Position numbers and translations under genes: made by a program. From positions 620,001 through 684,000 of the forward strand of contig MU008185.1 in NCBI GenBank assembly GCA_010909165.1: a stretch of DNA of 64,000 nucleotides. The letters run 5' to 3'. The stretch is from Anthoceros angustus (taxonomy: Eukaryota > Plantae > Anthocerotophyta). The notes below the pieces were generated by a model. That model searched no databases. It was not told the origin of the DNA and saw only the letters and a program-made list of their open reading frames with translations. Shown in pieces: positions 1 through 12,499 of the stretch (positions within the stretch are counted from its first letter, which is position 1; each line of letters starts with the position of its first letter).

Positions 1-1329
1 GCCACTGCCACGCTACTCGCAACAAAGCGTGTGGTGTGCCCCACTCACGGATGGGGGACGGGCTGGGCTGGGCTGGGTTGGGTTGGCCTGGGAGACATGG
101 GAATGGCCTTCATTTGCCACCATTTCCGACTTGCTGCCATTTTGCCCGCGCCGGCATCGCACCGGCAGGCATGCTGCATGCGCCGCGCGCACTTTACTGC
201 ACTCCCACAGGCAACTGGGCATGGCAGTCGGACTCCCGCCGATGCGCCCGCCTGGATAGGATATGGTGCAGACATTTTGTTTGCAGTTGCAGTTGCAGTT
301 GCAGTTGCGGTTTGGCTATCCAGTCAACTAGTTGCAGCACGCAGCTCGTGCCCTACGAGCTGCAGCACCACGCCCCGCGACACCGGGAGCCAAACCAGGA
401 ACCCACCATTTCAAAATCACCATCAAATGGACCACGCACCTCCTGCCCTGCTGCCCACAAGCACCTCTCCGACTGCTACTACTACTACCACCTCGTGCCC
501 CACACCATACCACGCTAGCCTCCAGCTTAAAAGCTCTACACTCTACTGTGAGTAGCCTCTCTTGTCACGTTCCCACAACAGGGGGGGCCTGGGGGGCCAA
601 CAACTTCCGACTCCAACCGCAATGGCCAAATCACATGCTTGCTGCACCCTACTTGTGTAGTATGTACAGGGGCAGGCCATTGCACAGCTCCATTTACCAC
701 CTACAAACCAAACCTCCTCCTCCTCCCTACATCATGGGATAGCATGCCGGGCTGTCTCCCACTCGCACAGGTATGCTACGTATGTCGTGAGTGCTCATTA
801 ACCATCACCAAGCCCGTCTCTACCTGTGTCATACTGGCTCTTTGCAATTCAAACACTGTCGGCCAGACTAAAGGTAATACAACCAACGACACTCGGTTAC
901 CCATTCTCAAGACGGAAAACAGAGAACGATGACAACCACCTGCACACCACCACGTGCATGTCTCACCACGTTACATATGAAATCAACAGCGGGGCAAAGG
1001 CAACAACAGAGACTTCACCGACAGCCTGTAAATGCATCACCACAAATCTTAAACTTCACATGAGATATCAACAAAACCAACGTTGAATCGCTTGGCTTGC
1101 TATTCACCAACCTACCCACTGCTCCCCCCTCCTACTCTAACCTCGAGGGCTGTGGCAGGACTCGGGAGTCCATACCCACGACAGCACCATGTTACACTAC
1201 ATCTGTATACTTCACAAGGACGAGACTCGCCTCGCCTCGCCTCGACTCAGAGAGGCTAAATCAGCCCGTCCTGGGGTCTGCCCCTCAGACTAGCATCCGT
1301 GCTCTTCGCAAGAGGGTTCACATCTTGCG

Positions 1330-1590
1330 TTACGGTTGCTCGGGCGCGTATGATGATCCGGGCAAATATGACACAGACATCAGATTCCGCCTGTACCTCT
1401 CGGTTTCATCGTCCAATTTCACCTCTGCAGGCTTCGCAGTCTCAGCAGCGGCCTGGATGCTCGACTCCTCGGACGCCAGCGAGATGTTGAGCAGGCGGGA
1501 TCGCGCCAGCTGCTCCTTGTCAGCCGAGATTGGCTTCTCCTGCTCCTTGGCAATTCCACGCCCTCTGCCTTGCACTTGCTCATCGGCCAT
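1330..1590 (-). CDS. Small uncharacterised conserved plant protein (86 aa)
   Basis: ATG at 1590 (MADEQ...). Two related motifs, LARSRLLNISL and ERYRRNLMSVSY, resemble a small plant family with R-x-x-L-[IM]-x-[IV]-S-Y repeats. Confidence 0.6.
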   Translation of the reverse strand: MADEQVQGRGRGIAKEQEKPISADKEQLARSRLLNISLASEESSIQAAAETAKPAEVKLDDETERYRRNLMSVSYLPGSSYAPEQP

Positions 1591-3116
1591 AGCACGTTCA
1601 GAATCCAAACAAGTCCAAAAGGCCAAAGCTTTCCTTCCCGGTGCTCGTCTTCCGGCGCAGAAAAGCTCTACCCTAGAAACTCTGCCACTTCACAGTACTC
1701 TGCCTCAGCAAGCCCCTCCTCTCTCGCTTTTATTGAGGTTCAATCAACCCTGCACCAGCAATAATTTGCCTCCGCTGCCAGCTAGTTTCGCTCCTCTAAG
1801 CTCAAGGCTTGGAAACATGCACTGCCTCAATCTGCTGCCCCTGCCTCCTTTTATTGGATAGTCTTCATCATCGCGACCCTGCAATTTCCACTTCCGGCTG
1901 CTTCACGAAAGCGCGCTCCAAAAAGATCCTGATACCGATGGGAGGCTGGTCCTCTGAAAACCTGGGTTGACCACGTGCCCACTGGTGACAAAGCAAGCTT
2001 GGCAGCTGCCTCCAGCTCACGCTCCGCCCCAGGTGCACACATCTCGGCGGAGCCACAAGGCCATCCTGGGTCTCCACAGAGCTGGCACCTCCTCTCTTTC
2101 TCCTGATTCTGCGCTCCCGATCCGACAACCTGCTCTCACCACACCCAGCCCCGCCACTTGCGCCCCAACCCTTAACCACAATTGGTACTGTTCACTGCTG
2201 GAAGATGCCACAACGCCCGCTTCTCACTCGCTCAACCACCTTCAACTTGCACGTGCTATGCCTCCAAGGTCAAACAGAGTCTGCCCACTCCGCGCCTCTC
2301 CCGCATGCTTCTCCACATCCCATTCCCATGCCCACAAAACCATGGCCGACTACATCTGGCGTTGCATGCAGCGAGCCTTACAAGTTTTACGACAAATGTT
2401 TTTGCGGGCAGGATATGATACGCATAAACGTGGGGTCGTGATGTTCTTTCTCCCCATGTGGGTCCTGGGACAAAGATACACTGTACACAGCCTCCCCTTC
2501 TTTAGCTTGCTGACACTGGGTCTTGTAACCACCAGCATCCGATTCCATACCCGGGGCGAGCCAAACGCGTCATGCTTGCATATCTCATCAAGCTTTTGTA
2601 CAAACTGTCATGTTGTGCCAATCTTGTTCAAGTCAGTCAGGGATTGTACCGGCTGGTGGCAGTGATTTTAAGCATGTGTCACCGTCGTTACACTGCAGCC
2701 CACACAAAGTACAGTAGCAATTGCCACTCTCTTGTAATGAGATATGTATATGCGTACATTGTCCCCCTTGACTTCGTGCTGTCTCATCGGCCAACTGCGT
2801 GGACAGGCCCCTCTGCGTTGCGTTGCACTGTTGTAGTCGCCGACGAGCATACAAAGGGCAGCAAGCGGAGAAAGAGTGTCCTCCTCAGACACAAGGGTAT
2901 CCCAACGTGTTTCGGAACGTTGCAACACACCGAGACAGAACTTACACATCCGAAGAACCACTCTTGTCCCATCCTCCATGTCTTCTCTGCTCTGCATGCC
3001 ATAGCGTATGATTTCAGCTGTCTGCATCTTCTCTACGGAAGTTGCATAGGTACTTACCCCTTCTATCCAAAGGACAATAACGTTCTCCTCACACCATAAC
3101 CCTCCCAGGAGAACAA

Positions 3117-3117
<1 letters not shown>

Positions 3118-3147
<30 letters not shown>
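3118..3147. repeat. (CA)n microsatellite
   Basis: About 15 CA units seen directly. Confidence 0.95.
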
Positions 3148-3149
<2 letters not shown>

Positions 3150-3629
3150 ACGCACGGCCCTCAAACATGCCCCCTCCAGGTGAGGAGCTGCAGAAGACTT
3201 TCCAGCTTTTGCCACAAGCATTATGATCCAGGTCAGTGAAACAGAAGGGTCCTTTCAAGATTCAAGGAGCGATGTCAGGGCTTCACATCCAGTTGGTCAA
3301 ATTCGAAGTCCCGGAATGTGCTTCTGGTTCACTCAGAACCGCAGCTGCATGATAACACGAGCGATGGCACGGGATTATTGCAACTGTATCCGTCTGTGCT
3401 GCCAAACATCCTTCTATCCTCCTCCTGATGCACTATGAAAGAATTAACACGGAATGACATACTACCACAGTTTCCTTATTTTAGAGCGCCCCCTTTCCCG
3501 CCTCTTCCCCTGAGGAGGGAGGTGGTTGGCATTTCTGTTTTCCAATCCCGACAAGAGTAGATTAGACAACACAGTATGCATACTCCGTTCCCCTGATGTC
3601 CGTGGGGCAGCTCGAAGCGATCCTGCCAT

Positions 3630-6481
3630 ATGGACCGGTTTGTTGTCCGAGGAGCTGTTGACACTGAGTCAGATTGCTCCACCGATTCAAAACCCCTACC
3701 AAGGTATGCAATCGGAAGCCAACATTCTGCAATTCGCTAGGTCTAAGTGCTTCTTGTTGAAATTCAGTCTTCTCGTGCAAGGCGGTATGGAATGGATCTC
3801 AGTGCCCGTGAAGTCGACGGGAGATTCGACTCGTCAGCACAACTTCGGCTGCAGAATCTCTTGCTGCGGTCTTATGCAGAGGTACGTGACAAGCCACGCG
3901 TTTGTCCAGCTGCTACCTTGAAAATGCTTCTGGAGTCAGGATGCCAGGACTTCCATGTGAGTTGTGTCTTCCGTTGCAGATTGGATGTGTCCGACAGTCC
4001 TATTCTTCTATCGACCCCTCTTTCATGAGGTGAGATTGTCTTAAACCAAACTCCGTTGATCTTCCAGGATTTGGGATTTATCTGTGTATTCTTCAATGGT
4101 GACGACTATTGCAATTCGCTCGCAGACAACCAGTGAATTGGCTGGACTTCGATTCTAAGGTTGCCATCTATGAACACTGCTCCTTTTAAGAGATCACTTG
4201 GGTCCTGTTTTCCCTGGCTGGTAGGTCTATCCTCCATCAAGCACTGTGTCTTTGAATGTTGGTTGTATTGCAGGGTGTTTATTTAGCTTCTGTGGGTGAT
4301 TCTGGGTGTCTCTCCATCCATGAGTTTGACTCTATATGTACTGCTGCTAGAGGTCAGCTGAGGTCCTGAGACACCACGTTGCTTGTCTTGTTACTCTGAA
4401 ATTCGTCGAAATCGTTTGTAGTTCTTGCTGGCTACTCATAGGGGTTTGTTGTCCTTGGACGTTCAGACCCAGATACTGCTGATGTCTCTCGCTTAGCTAT
4501 TTTTCGAACGAACCGAAAATTACGTTCTGTTCTCTGGAATCCTCTGAATCAAGATGAGGTAGGCACTCTCACAACAGGGCCTAAAAGCTGATCCTCGGAT
4601 GTCTTGCTGTTCATTATTCAAGAAAAGAGTGACGTTTGATGTTCAATGGCGCTGCAGGTGGCTTGTGTGCTAGCAGCAGGAACGAATGTACTGATCTACG
4701 ACATAGCGCGCGTCTCAGACAAGCCCTCAGACGTACTTACTGACAAAAAAAACGCTTGTGCATGTCATCAGCCATGGTGTTGCCATCTGCACGGGTTTTC
4801 TTAGAACTAGCATTTTCCTATGTGCAGATACTTGGTTTAAAAGCCACACAAGTGCTAGGGGTTCTCACTGGCATATGTTTCTCCCAGTCTGGACCCTCTA
4901 GGTGCGTTTGAAGACTTATCAGCAAATATGTTTTCAGAGGATTAGCAGCTGTCTGCATACTCAGGCTGGTATGCTCTTGTGCTGCAGGATTTTGGCCTCT
5001 GGAACATCTGGCAAGATTCATTTGTGGGATAATCGAGTACGGAAGACTCCAATGGTCTCCTTTGGTGTCCCATCCCATATAGTCGCTCTGGAGTGCATTC
5101 ACCTCTCATCGGATGACCAGGTTATCTCCTTTTGTCAAATGACTGTCGTGGAAATGCTTGAGGACACAGCGATGAAAAGTTGAGCAGTGTAACAATGCAC
5201 TATAAGTGTATCTTGGGTGCATGTCTCAAGATAAACATGGCAATCTGTTTGCAGGTAGTTTACGGAGGTGGTCTTGATGGATGGATGTACTCCTGGGACC
5301 TTCGAGGAGGTCATTCTGCAGCATTTGTCAGCTCTTCCGAGGTCATAATTCATAGATGATATCCATCGCTCTTTTTCACTCCTTCTATAGTGGTCTCTTC
5401 GTTCTGATGGGCGTCGTATTGCAGGTGTATCATCCCCTTCTGGGTGTTGTGGACATTGTGACGCAAATCAAGGACAAGGGGGTAGGTGCACCATGGTGGA
5501 CATGTAGCCCTTTTGTAACATCAGGCCCCAAGATGACTGGACCTCTCACATCTGGTGCAGGGACTTCAACTCGCCAGCTTCAGTAATGGCATTGGCTCAT
5601 TAGCTGTGAACCCAGCCAATGGCCTGCAATTGGCTTTTCACCTCTGTAACGGTTGGTATGTCGGCTTCCACTATCTGGGGCTGGTGTCCCACTGAGGTGT
5701 TTCTAATGGACGGAAAGTATGCTGTCTAGTTGGTTGAAAACTTAAAAGAGTAGGTTTATCTCCATGCAGGACAGGTATACTAGATCTGGCAACCCTTCGT
5801 GTGACGCATCTGCATTCTCCCCCCACTCGCACCGGGTATGTCTTCTGTGTCACCCTGCCAGTTCGAAAGGTAACTCTGTCACTTTTCTTGGCCTCTGCGA
5901 GATCATGACAAGTTGAGTGGTCTTCATGCAGGCCTTTTCGGAATAGGAAAGGAACAACATGGCTACGTACTTCCTCTGTGAGTTAGCCTCTTGATGAAAA
6001 TGTCTTGATGACAACTCTGCTATGTTGCTCGTGATCCGAGCATACCGCTGATGTATCAGGTTTGCGTGGTTGGAGCTCCGAAATTCTCTGGCATTTACTT
6101 TCTCGATTTCACGTCTGGTCGAAATACACAGTGCATGAACACCGAGGAGGGGTAAGCTGAATTGGCCTGTCTACAGAGATCCTGTTTCCCGTCTTGCTAC
6201 TAAGGTTCGCTCTTGTGCACTTTCAGGGATGGTGTTGAAGACGTGGATGGTACGGTGTCGACATCTGAGTCCGTCGTGTCAGTTGCCGCCCATCCAACTG
6301 GAGACCACATAGTGGCTGGTACTGAGGTTAGCGTTTCTACTCTCTACCCCCTCGAGCCGGAATTGGGCCAGTACGCAGCCAAGGTGTTGAATTTTGTGTT
6401 GTGTTCGGCGTGCAGACTGGCAATTTGATCCTGGTAGGCCAAAAGAACCAGCTCTATTATGGAGCAGACTTGCCCGATTGA
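3630..6481 (+). CDS. Multi-exon WD40/transducin-like protein
   Basis: Many short GT-AG-bounded exons splice to DGRFD..LLLRSYAE|IGCVRQSY, LWNPLNQDE|VACV, SGKIHLWDNRV, LECIHLSSDDQ|VVYGGGLDGWMYSWDLRGG and VAAHPTGDHIVAGTE|TGNLILVG, ending at TGA 6479-6481. The first-exon junction is uncertain. Confidence 0.8.
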
Positions 6482-6900
6482 TTGGCTAGCCGCAAGGGCG
6501 CCTTATAACTTTCAGTTTCAAATTAAATCTCAGAAAGTATGTATAAAGCGCTTTCTGAAAGTATGTACCTTTGTTTGTATTTAACCCCTAATGGACGAAT
6601 CGACTCGCGATTGAGAGAGACTTATGCCGGAACCCAAGCTGCTCGTAAGTGTCGTGGAGTTCAAACATTCCATCATTTAAGGGTTGAGAAAAATGGGGAA
6701 AACCCCTCCGTCCATTAGGGGTGAACCTATGGTCCTCTGAATTCAATTATGTATCGATTAGGTGGATAACCTCGCCATTCGGTACTGGGAAATAGGTGGG
6801 TAATACATCTGTAGGTACTTGTGGAATTTTCCTGAGTTTATGCCAAAATGATGAATGGCGAGCGGCCTGCTGGCTCGCTTGCCAGAGCACAAGTGCAGCT

Positions 6901-7869
6901 ATGGCCCTAACTGTTGGCTGCCCGGCTCTGCGACACATTCCAGTTCCGCAGGCTGGTTGTTCTGCCTCCTATGCAGGTGCGGGTGGGTTGTCTCCAGTTG
7001 CTTCACCTGCTTCCGGTTGCGTAGCATTTAGGGGCAGATCCCATGGAATGGCATTGGCATGTGGGAGGAGGGCCGCGGTGGGCGCCTTCAGGCGATGGAG
7101 CAGCAGGAGAGCGGTAGTTGGCTTGGCCAGGGCGGCATGGAAGCAGGAGGTGCTGTGGGCGGAGGCTCCGGTTGCCGACGTCGCTTTGGCCGCAGAGCAG
7201 CTCTACCACTTTGTGCTGGACGTGGGCGGTAACAGGCAGCTGATCGATGGGTACACCAGGCCGGGCCAGTTCGTGCAGGTGCGGGTGGGAGACAGTAAGC
7301 CCGCATTCCTGGCCATCAGCTCGCCGCCGCAGCTGGCTGCCAAGGGCGTGTTTGAGTTCCTGGTGAAGGATGTCGAGGGCAGCACGGCGGCCCTCCTGTG
7401 TGGTCTGGGAAAGGGGGATAGAGTTGAGCTGAGCCAGGTGATGGGGAGCGGCTTCAACATCGCGCAGGTGTCCCCCGCGGAGGAGTATCCCACTGTCTTG
7501 CTCTTTGCCACGGGCTCCGGGATCAGTCCTATTCGTGCCCTTCTGGAGTCCGGGATTGAAGCGCACCGTCGGAAAGATGTCAGGCTCTTCTACGGTGCCA
7601 GGAATTTGGAGCGGATGGCTTTCCAGGATAGGTTTAGGGAGTGGGAGGCTTCTGGGGTGCAGATTGTGCCTGTCTTGTCGCAGCCTGCTGACGGGACTTG
7701 GGCCGGGGAGCAGGGATATGTGCAGGCGGCATTTTCCAAGAACAAGGGCATCTTGAATCCAGCACAAGCTGGCGCCGTTTTGTGCGGTCAGAAGGGCATG
7801 GCAGAGGAAGTGACCTCCTTGTTGCTGGAGGAGGGTGTTGCAAAAGAGAGGATTCTTCTCAATTTTTAG
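6901..7869 (+). CDS. Plastid FAD/NAD(P)-binding oxidoreductase, FNR-like (fruit protein pKIWI502 family), intronless
   Basis: Transit-peptide-like N-terminus; motifs YTRPGQFVQVR, FLAISSPP, LFATGSGISPIR, LFYGARN, GYVQ, LCGQKGM and terminal LLNF. Confidence 0.92.
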   Translation: MALTVGCPALRHIPVPQAGCSASYAGAGGLSPVASPASGCVAFRGRSHGMALACGRRAAVGAFRRWSSRRAVVGLARAAWKQEVLWAEAPVADVALAAEQLYHFVLDVGGNRQLIDGYTRPGQFVQVRVGDSKPAFLAISSPPQLAAKGVFEFLVKDVEGSTAALLCGLGKGDRVELSQVMGSGFNIAQVSPAEEYPTVLLFATGSGISPIRALLESGIEAHRRKDVRLFYGARNLERMAFQDRFREWEASGVQIVPVLSQPADGTWAGEQGYVQAAFSKNKGILNPAQAGAVLCGQKGMAEEVTSLLLEEGVAKERILLNF

Positions 7870-8154
7870 AATTGTGTTAAGAGCCACGGAGTCTGGCTCT
7901 CCAGATTTCTTTCCAGGCCATGTATTGCATAACCCGTAGAGACCTCTTCAGATCCGCTTTTTTCGCGAGTTCGGATTGCCTCAGGAAGCTTAGCACTGGA
8001 AAGGAAATTGTGCTGTTAATTGACAGCCCAAAATAGTCTTCCTACACTTACATTGGTTGAATGGTTCTGTTGCCTTGCGACTGCGGGCAGCAGACGCAAA
8101 TTTCTGCCTAAATCTACAGGAACCGGAGGTGCTTCACTCTGGCTCCATCATGGA

Positions 8155-8998
8155 TCAGATTGTGCTGTTCAAATAGACGAAAACTCCAATTAGGGCCGCG
8201 AGGCCCACTGCAATGCCGATAGGAAGGGCATTCCTGCCAAAATGCGAGAATGCTTAGCCTGCAGCACAGTCTGTTCACATAGGCCAAAACTGAAATGGAA
8301 AAACTCTTGACCACCAAACAAAGGACAAGGCTGTCTCGTACCCAATTGCAGCGTCTTTCTTGAGATCAGCTTTTCTTGCCTTCCGAACGGACTGATCATT
8401 CGCGTTTTTAGCTACTGGCAGGTCATAGGGCTTGAAACGCCTCTTTGGGGCACCACAGACTGCACCATGTTCCACACATTGTACAAAATAAGTCTGGCTG
8501 TGCTGGTCCTGGCACAACAATGAGACAAGTGGCGCACTTACCTGGGCAGTAAAAATCGTCGGGAAGCTTCTCAAAGGATTTGCTGCCAGTGTAAATGTAC
8601 CTGCGGTTTACACAAGGTCATAGAGACACGTCAATTCGCATACAGCCGGCAGCCATCGTTGAGAGTGATAATCCTAAGAAGCCAGGAAGTAACCTACACC
8701 ACATAAAAGTGATCAGCGGGGACGTGCAAAATACAGGAGCCACAGGCCATCACCCGCAATCCTTGCAGATGTAAGCTCCCTTGGTAGCTGTCCGCATTGT
8801 GATCCTGGGCGGGGGAGAAGAATCCGTCTCCGGCAGCGCTAAGGAGGAGCCAGCATTGTAAAATGCGCTCTTGAGGGCCATCCTATCTGCTGGAAGCCGC
8901 AGGCCGGTAGCTTGACCTGCCATCGCCTGGCCCTTGCACGAGCCTCTGCTGAGAGCGGGAAGTCCGGCAGCGGCAACATGGACAGACATCGCTGCCAT
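8155..8998 (-). CDS. Plastid rubredoxin-like protein with C-terminal TM helix, 4 exons
   Basis: Spliced YICKDCG|YIYTGSKSFEKLPDDFYCP|VCGAPKRRF..DAAIG|NALPIGIAVGLAALIGVFVYLNSTI*. Two CxxC motifs. Confidence 0.9.
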
Positions 8999-9439
8999 GG
9001 CAGAGCTCTACTGTCAGCTCCAAACCCAACCCAACCCAATCCAGACGCGAATGCTACGCCCAAATGTCTTCACACAATAGTTGCCCGTTGCTATCTGATC
9101 ACATCAATGCTGCAATCCGCAGCTTGAATTGGTGGGACGTCAAGATGGCAACCTCCCGGGTGGAACAACCTGGTTGTGGCCTGAGTTCTCTCTATCCATC
9201 TTCATTCTCGTGCTTGTCACTCGACCGGGTATTGACGGTTTCCGAAACTGGGAAGTGACCTCATCCACGGAGCATGTGGTACACACGAGCCCCGTGTAAG
9301 TTATGGTACCTAACCACGATTTATCTCATACTGTACATTTATTCATTAAGTAGGTACAAGTAGAAACACGTCACATAGAAAAAGGTCGGCAGTGTACGCG
9401 AAAGCTCGTCATGCGCAAAGCTACCAAAATAATTCACGG

Positions 9440-12400
9440 TTACACCTTCACACAGTTCAAGGTCCTAAGTTGCTTTTCAGCCAGGTCCCTTATCCCATCA
9501 ATGACCTCTCGCTGGCCACTGATCATTTTTCTCACAACCGACTGAGGACGCCACTTCGACGATGTCACCCCGTTCACAACACTAGACTGCAGGACTTGGA
9601 GAACACAACCTGGCAATGGCTGCTTCTCCGCCGCCTCTGTGTTGTTCTGTCTGAGCAGTGATAGCAGTTGTTCCGCTTCCTCCTCCTCATTCCTCTCTAA
9701 AAACTTGGTCAACCATTGACTAAGTGTCTTCAGCTCGTAAGCAAGTGAAGTCTGTGCTTTTTGGAGCACCTGTGAAATGGAGCTAAGTTTCCTGTCTGAG
9801 ATATCCTCACTTGAATTGATGCTGGCAACCCCACCCTTTTTCTTTCTCCTCACAGTTGGTTGCATGTGCTTCCTCCATGATTGCAAGCACAAACCAAGCC
9901 AAGATAACACCTCTGATGTCAAGCTCATGAGCACAGCAACAGCTGGACCAGGGGCAAGAACCTCAGGAGGATGTCCATGGGCAGCTGAGTTTGGCCTTGC
10001 GGTCATGGACTCTAACACCACCTGCAAGGTATACCCAATTGCCCTCATCAAAGTGTCAAAACTATTTTCCAGGCCGTTGTCAGGTCCGTCAGCCTGGGCG
10101 ACTTGGCTTCCAAGTTTCTGTGCAATTGAGAATACTCCAAAACTGAGGACATCAACTGCCCCGATTCCAGACCCTTTGACAAGCGTTCTTTCCTTCACCC
10201 TGTCGGATAGCCAATCATCAACGTTTTCCCATCCTACTCCAAGGATACCAGAGTATTCTTCGAGCAAAAGCCCCAAGTCGTCAGGAACTCGGTTGCTTTC
10301 AGGTGACTCACGTTCTTGCTTTGGTGAAACTGCATTCAAAGACAAGTAAAGTAAACGTGGCAGAATGCCCCTTTTCCTCAGATCTGCTTTCCAGCGCTCT
10401 TCTCTTTTCATCCTCTTGGCCTCACTATCTTCATAGTGCCAGCTAATGTGTTGTCCCAGCAAAGAGGGATCTGCTAGGTAGCACTCATCTGGGGCAGGAC
10501 TCCACCATGGCCGGGTTTGAAGGTCTTCAAGAAATGTCAAAGCTGAAAGCTGTGTCTCAGAGGACAGTCTGTAGGTCTTGCATCCCAAGTCCAACTGTGC
10601 AAGCCTGTCAACCACGCCAGCTACTGTACTTTCTTTTTTCAAAGTGAGAATTGAGTCCTCAATTCTGACCACCACATGGTGGTGGGACTGTTGCAATTTC
10701 TCCTTAAACTGTACAAATTCTAGCACTTTTGAATAAGTGCCATGCCTGTAGGCATGAATAGTAAGATCTCCGGCGTCTGCTTCATGGTCTTTATGGAACT
10801 TAATGGAGTCCTTCAGCACCACCTCCAAGTCTGACCACAGTGGAGAACCCAGAAGATAGTAAAGAATGTGGTGTGAAAGCGTGTCCAGCAAAATGTACTT
10901 GATGTCCAGCGTCTTGTACCATTGCACAGCCGACGACCCAGCAGACAGAAGACAGTACAGATTGGTAACCATGATCTTGTACTGAGAACTGTACTTCCTC
11001 GTTGACAAGCCAAATTCCAGCACAAGGATTGCTTCAATGATGTATGCAACCTCTTGGGTTCGGCGGAACAGCTCAACCAGCATGTTCACCGCCAGTACCA
11101 GCAGCTCCTCTCCGTACATGCTTTCTTTAGGATCTAAGTCCGCCGAAAGGTGCAAGTTATCCACATACAGCTGGGTAATACCAACGGCATGGCCAACAAG
11201 GTCAAGATTAGGACGTTTTGCCTTCACAGCAAGCAGCTCTTCGACTTGATAGGCACCAACCCTCCACCTTAGCAATTTCACCGCATCAATACCTCCCATG
11301 TTGGCACACATCCTTTGCAAAGTACTGGCAAGGCCTTCCTTCTCACTTCCACCTACGTATGGGATGAACCCTCTGACATCAGAGGCAAAGCTCACCATAT
11401 GCCCAAACCTCTCAAAGTACTGTACAAAATTATTGATTAGATCCCGTTCTCCAGCTACAATCCCATCTTCATCACTAAAACGCTGCTTAGACAGCAACCG
11501 CCTTTTAGCAATCTCCAGTTTTGCTAGGTACGGTCCACGTCTCAGATAATCCACTTCCATAGCTAAAAGCTCCTCAATAAATAAATGTACTCCGTTCAGT
11601 CTGCGCTCAACCTCCTCAGGCTTCAAAGCAGTTGGAGTTTCACCATTACACATTAAAGCCCTCGATTCAGAAGTGGCACCGGTCCTGGGTTCCTCCAACG
11701 TGGCAGCGACTAAGCAAAGAAAATCATCCCAGTCATCTGAGCTAAGCTTTAATACCTCCTTGAATACGTCAGCCGCTCGGTCATACTGACAGGACTCCAT
11801 CAGCAAATTCCCCTGCAATCGGAGCTTGTCAGCAGGGATACTGAACAGATTTCCTAGTTTGCCGGAAAGTGTCTCTAGTGCAGCATCAAACTTCCTCTGC
11901 TCCCTAAGAACTGTGAGATACACGAGTAAGGACTCTAAATTCCTCAGTTCGTGTGACTGCAGGCGCTTCTTAATTAAAGCCTCGGCCAGGGGAAGCAGCT
12001 GCGTACTATTACCATTCCCACAGTGAACCTGCAACTGAATGCTGCAAACAGCCCACAAAAGGTATTTCTCCTCCCCCATCATCTTGTACAGTTTGATTGC
12101 CACGTGCTGCTGTTTAATATAAATGTACTCCCGGACATAGCAGTTGAACAAGCAGATCAAAAAGTCAAAATTCTGAGGACTCTTCGAGACGGCATACTCA
12201 TAACAGAGTGTTATCTGGTCCAGTCTATCCAGCCTTTGGTAAACCATCTGCAGCGTGCTCAACGTGAGTTCATCGACAGGGGCACAGTCTTTGGCCTGCT
12301 GACACACAACCAGAGCTTCATCGACTTTACCAATTCTCTCCAAGACCAATGCCTTCAAAGCCAGGAGGTAAGCAGAGCCAGGGTGCTTCGCCAACAGAGC

Positions 12401-12499
12401 AGTGACGAGCTTCAAGGCAGACTTATACTGCCTGGAATCTATTGCATCCCATACAGGTCTCAGCTTTCTTTCAGCTACTCCGTTCTTCGTCCCCGCCAT
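9440..12499 (-). CDS. NAA25: NatB N-terminal acetyltransferase auxiliary subunit (MDM20/NAA25), intronless CDS
   Basis: MAGTKNGVAERKLRPVWDAIDSRQYK, TPR-like N-terminus, RGPYLAKLE, LDIKYILLDTLSH, YSKVLEFVQFKEKL. Confidence 0.95.
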   Translation of the reverse strand: MAGTKNGVAERKLRPVWDAIDSRQYKSALKLVTALLAKHPGSAYLLALKALVLERIGKVDEALVVCQQAKDCAPVDELTLSTLQMVYQRLDRLDQITLCYEYAVSKSPQNFDFLICLFNCYVREYIYIKQQHVAIKLYKMMGEEKYLLWAVCSIQLQVHCGNGNSTQLLPLAEALIKKRLQSHELRNLESLLVYLTVLREQRKFDAALETLSGKLGNLFSIPADKLRLQGNLLMESCQYDRAADVFKEVLKLSSDDWDDFLCLVAATLEEPRTGATSESRALMCNGETPTALKPEEVERRLNGVHLFIEELLAMEVDYLRRGPYLAKLEIAKRRLLSKQRFSDEDGIVAGERDLINNFVQYFERFGHMVSFASDVRGFIPYVGGSEKEGLASTLQRMCANMGGIDAVKLLRWRVGAYQVEELLAVKAKRPNLDLVGHAVGITQLYVDNLHLSADLDPKESMYGEELLVLAVNMLVELFRRTQEVAYIIEAILVLEFGLSTRKYSSQYKIMVTNLYCLLSAGSSAVQWYKTLDIKYILLDTLSHHILYYLLGSPLWSDLEVVLKDSIKFHKDHEADAGDLTIHAYRHGTYSKVLEFVQFKEKLQQSHHHVVVRIEDSILTLKKESTVAGVVDRLAQLDLGCKTYRLSSETQLSALTFLEDLQTRPWWSPAPDECYLADPSLLGQHISWHYEDSEAKRMKREERWKADLRKRGILPRLLYLSLNAVSPKQERESPESNRVPDDLGLLLEEYSGILGVGWENVDDWLSDRVKERTLVKGSGIGAVDVLSFGVFSIAQKLGSQVAQADGPDNGLENSFDTLMRAIGYTLQVVLESMTARPNSAAHGHPPEVLAPGPAVAVLMSLTSEVLSWLGLCLQSWRKHMQPTVRRKKKGGVASINSSEDISDRKLSSISQVLQKAQTSLAYELKTLSQWLTKFLERNEEEEAEQLLSLLRQNNTEAAEKQPLPGCVLQVLQSSVVNGVTSSKWRPQSVVRKMISGQREVIDGIRDLAEKQLRTLNCVKV

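Noticed and set aside
1-1100. Several ORFs of 70-175 aa
   Set aside because: Low-complexity microsatellite-rich sequence with no motifs; probably UTR or intergenic.
1818-1828. TGCACTGCCTC, the miR408 5' end
   Set aside because: Only 11 nt match and there is no hairpin.
6003-6052. TGATGA..CTGA in a WD40 intron
   Set aside because: Too short, box D overlaps the likely branch point, and I found no rRNA complement.
7003-7887. 294-aa antisense ORF (similarly 14857-15519, 57451-58440, 43144-43956)
   Set aside because: Shadow frames of real genes or their GC-rich leaders, with no protein motifs.
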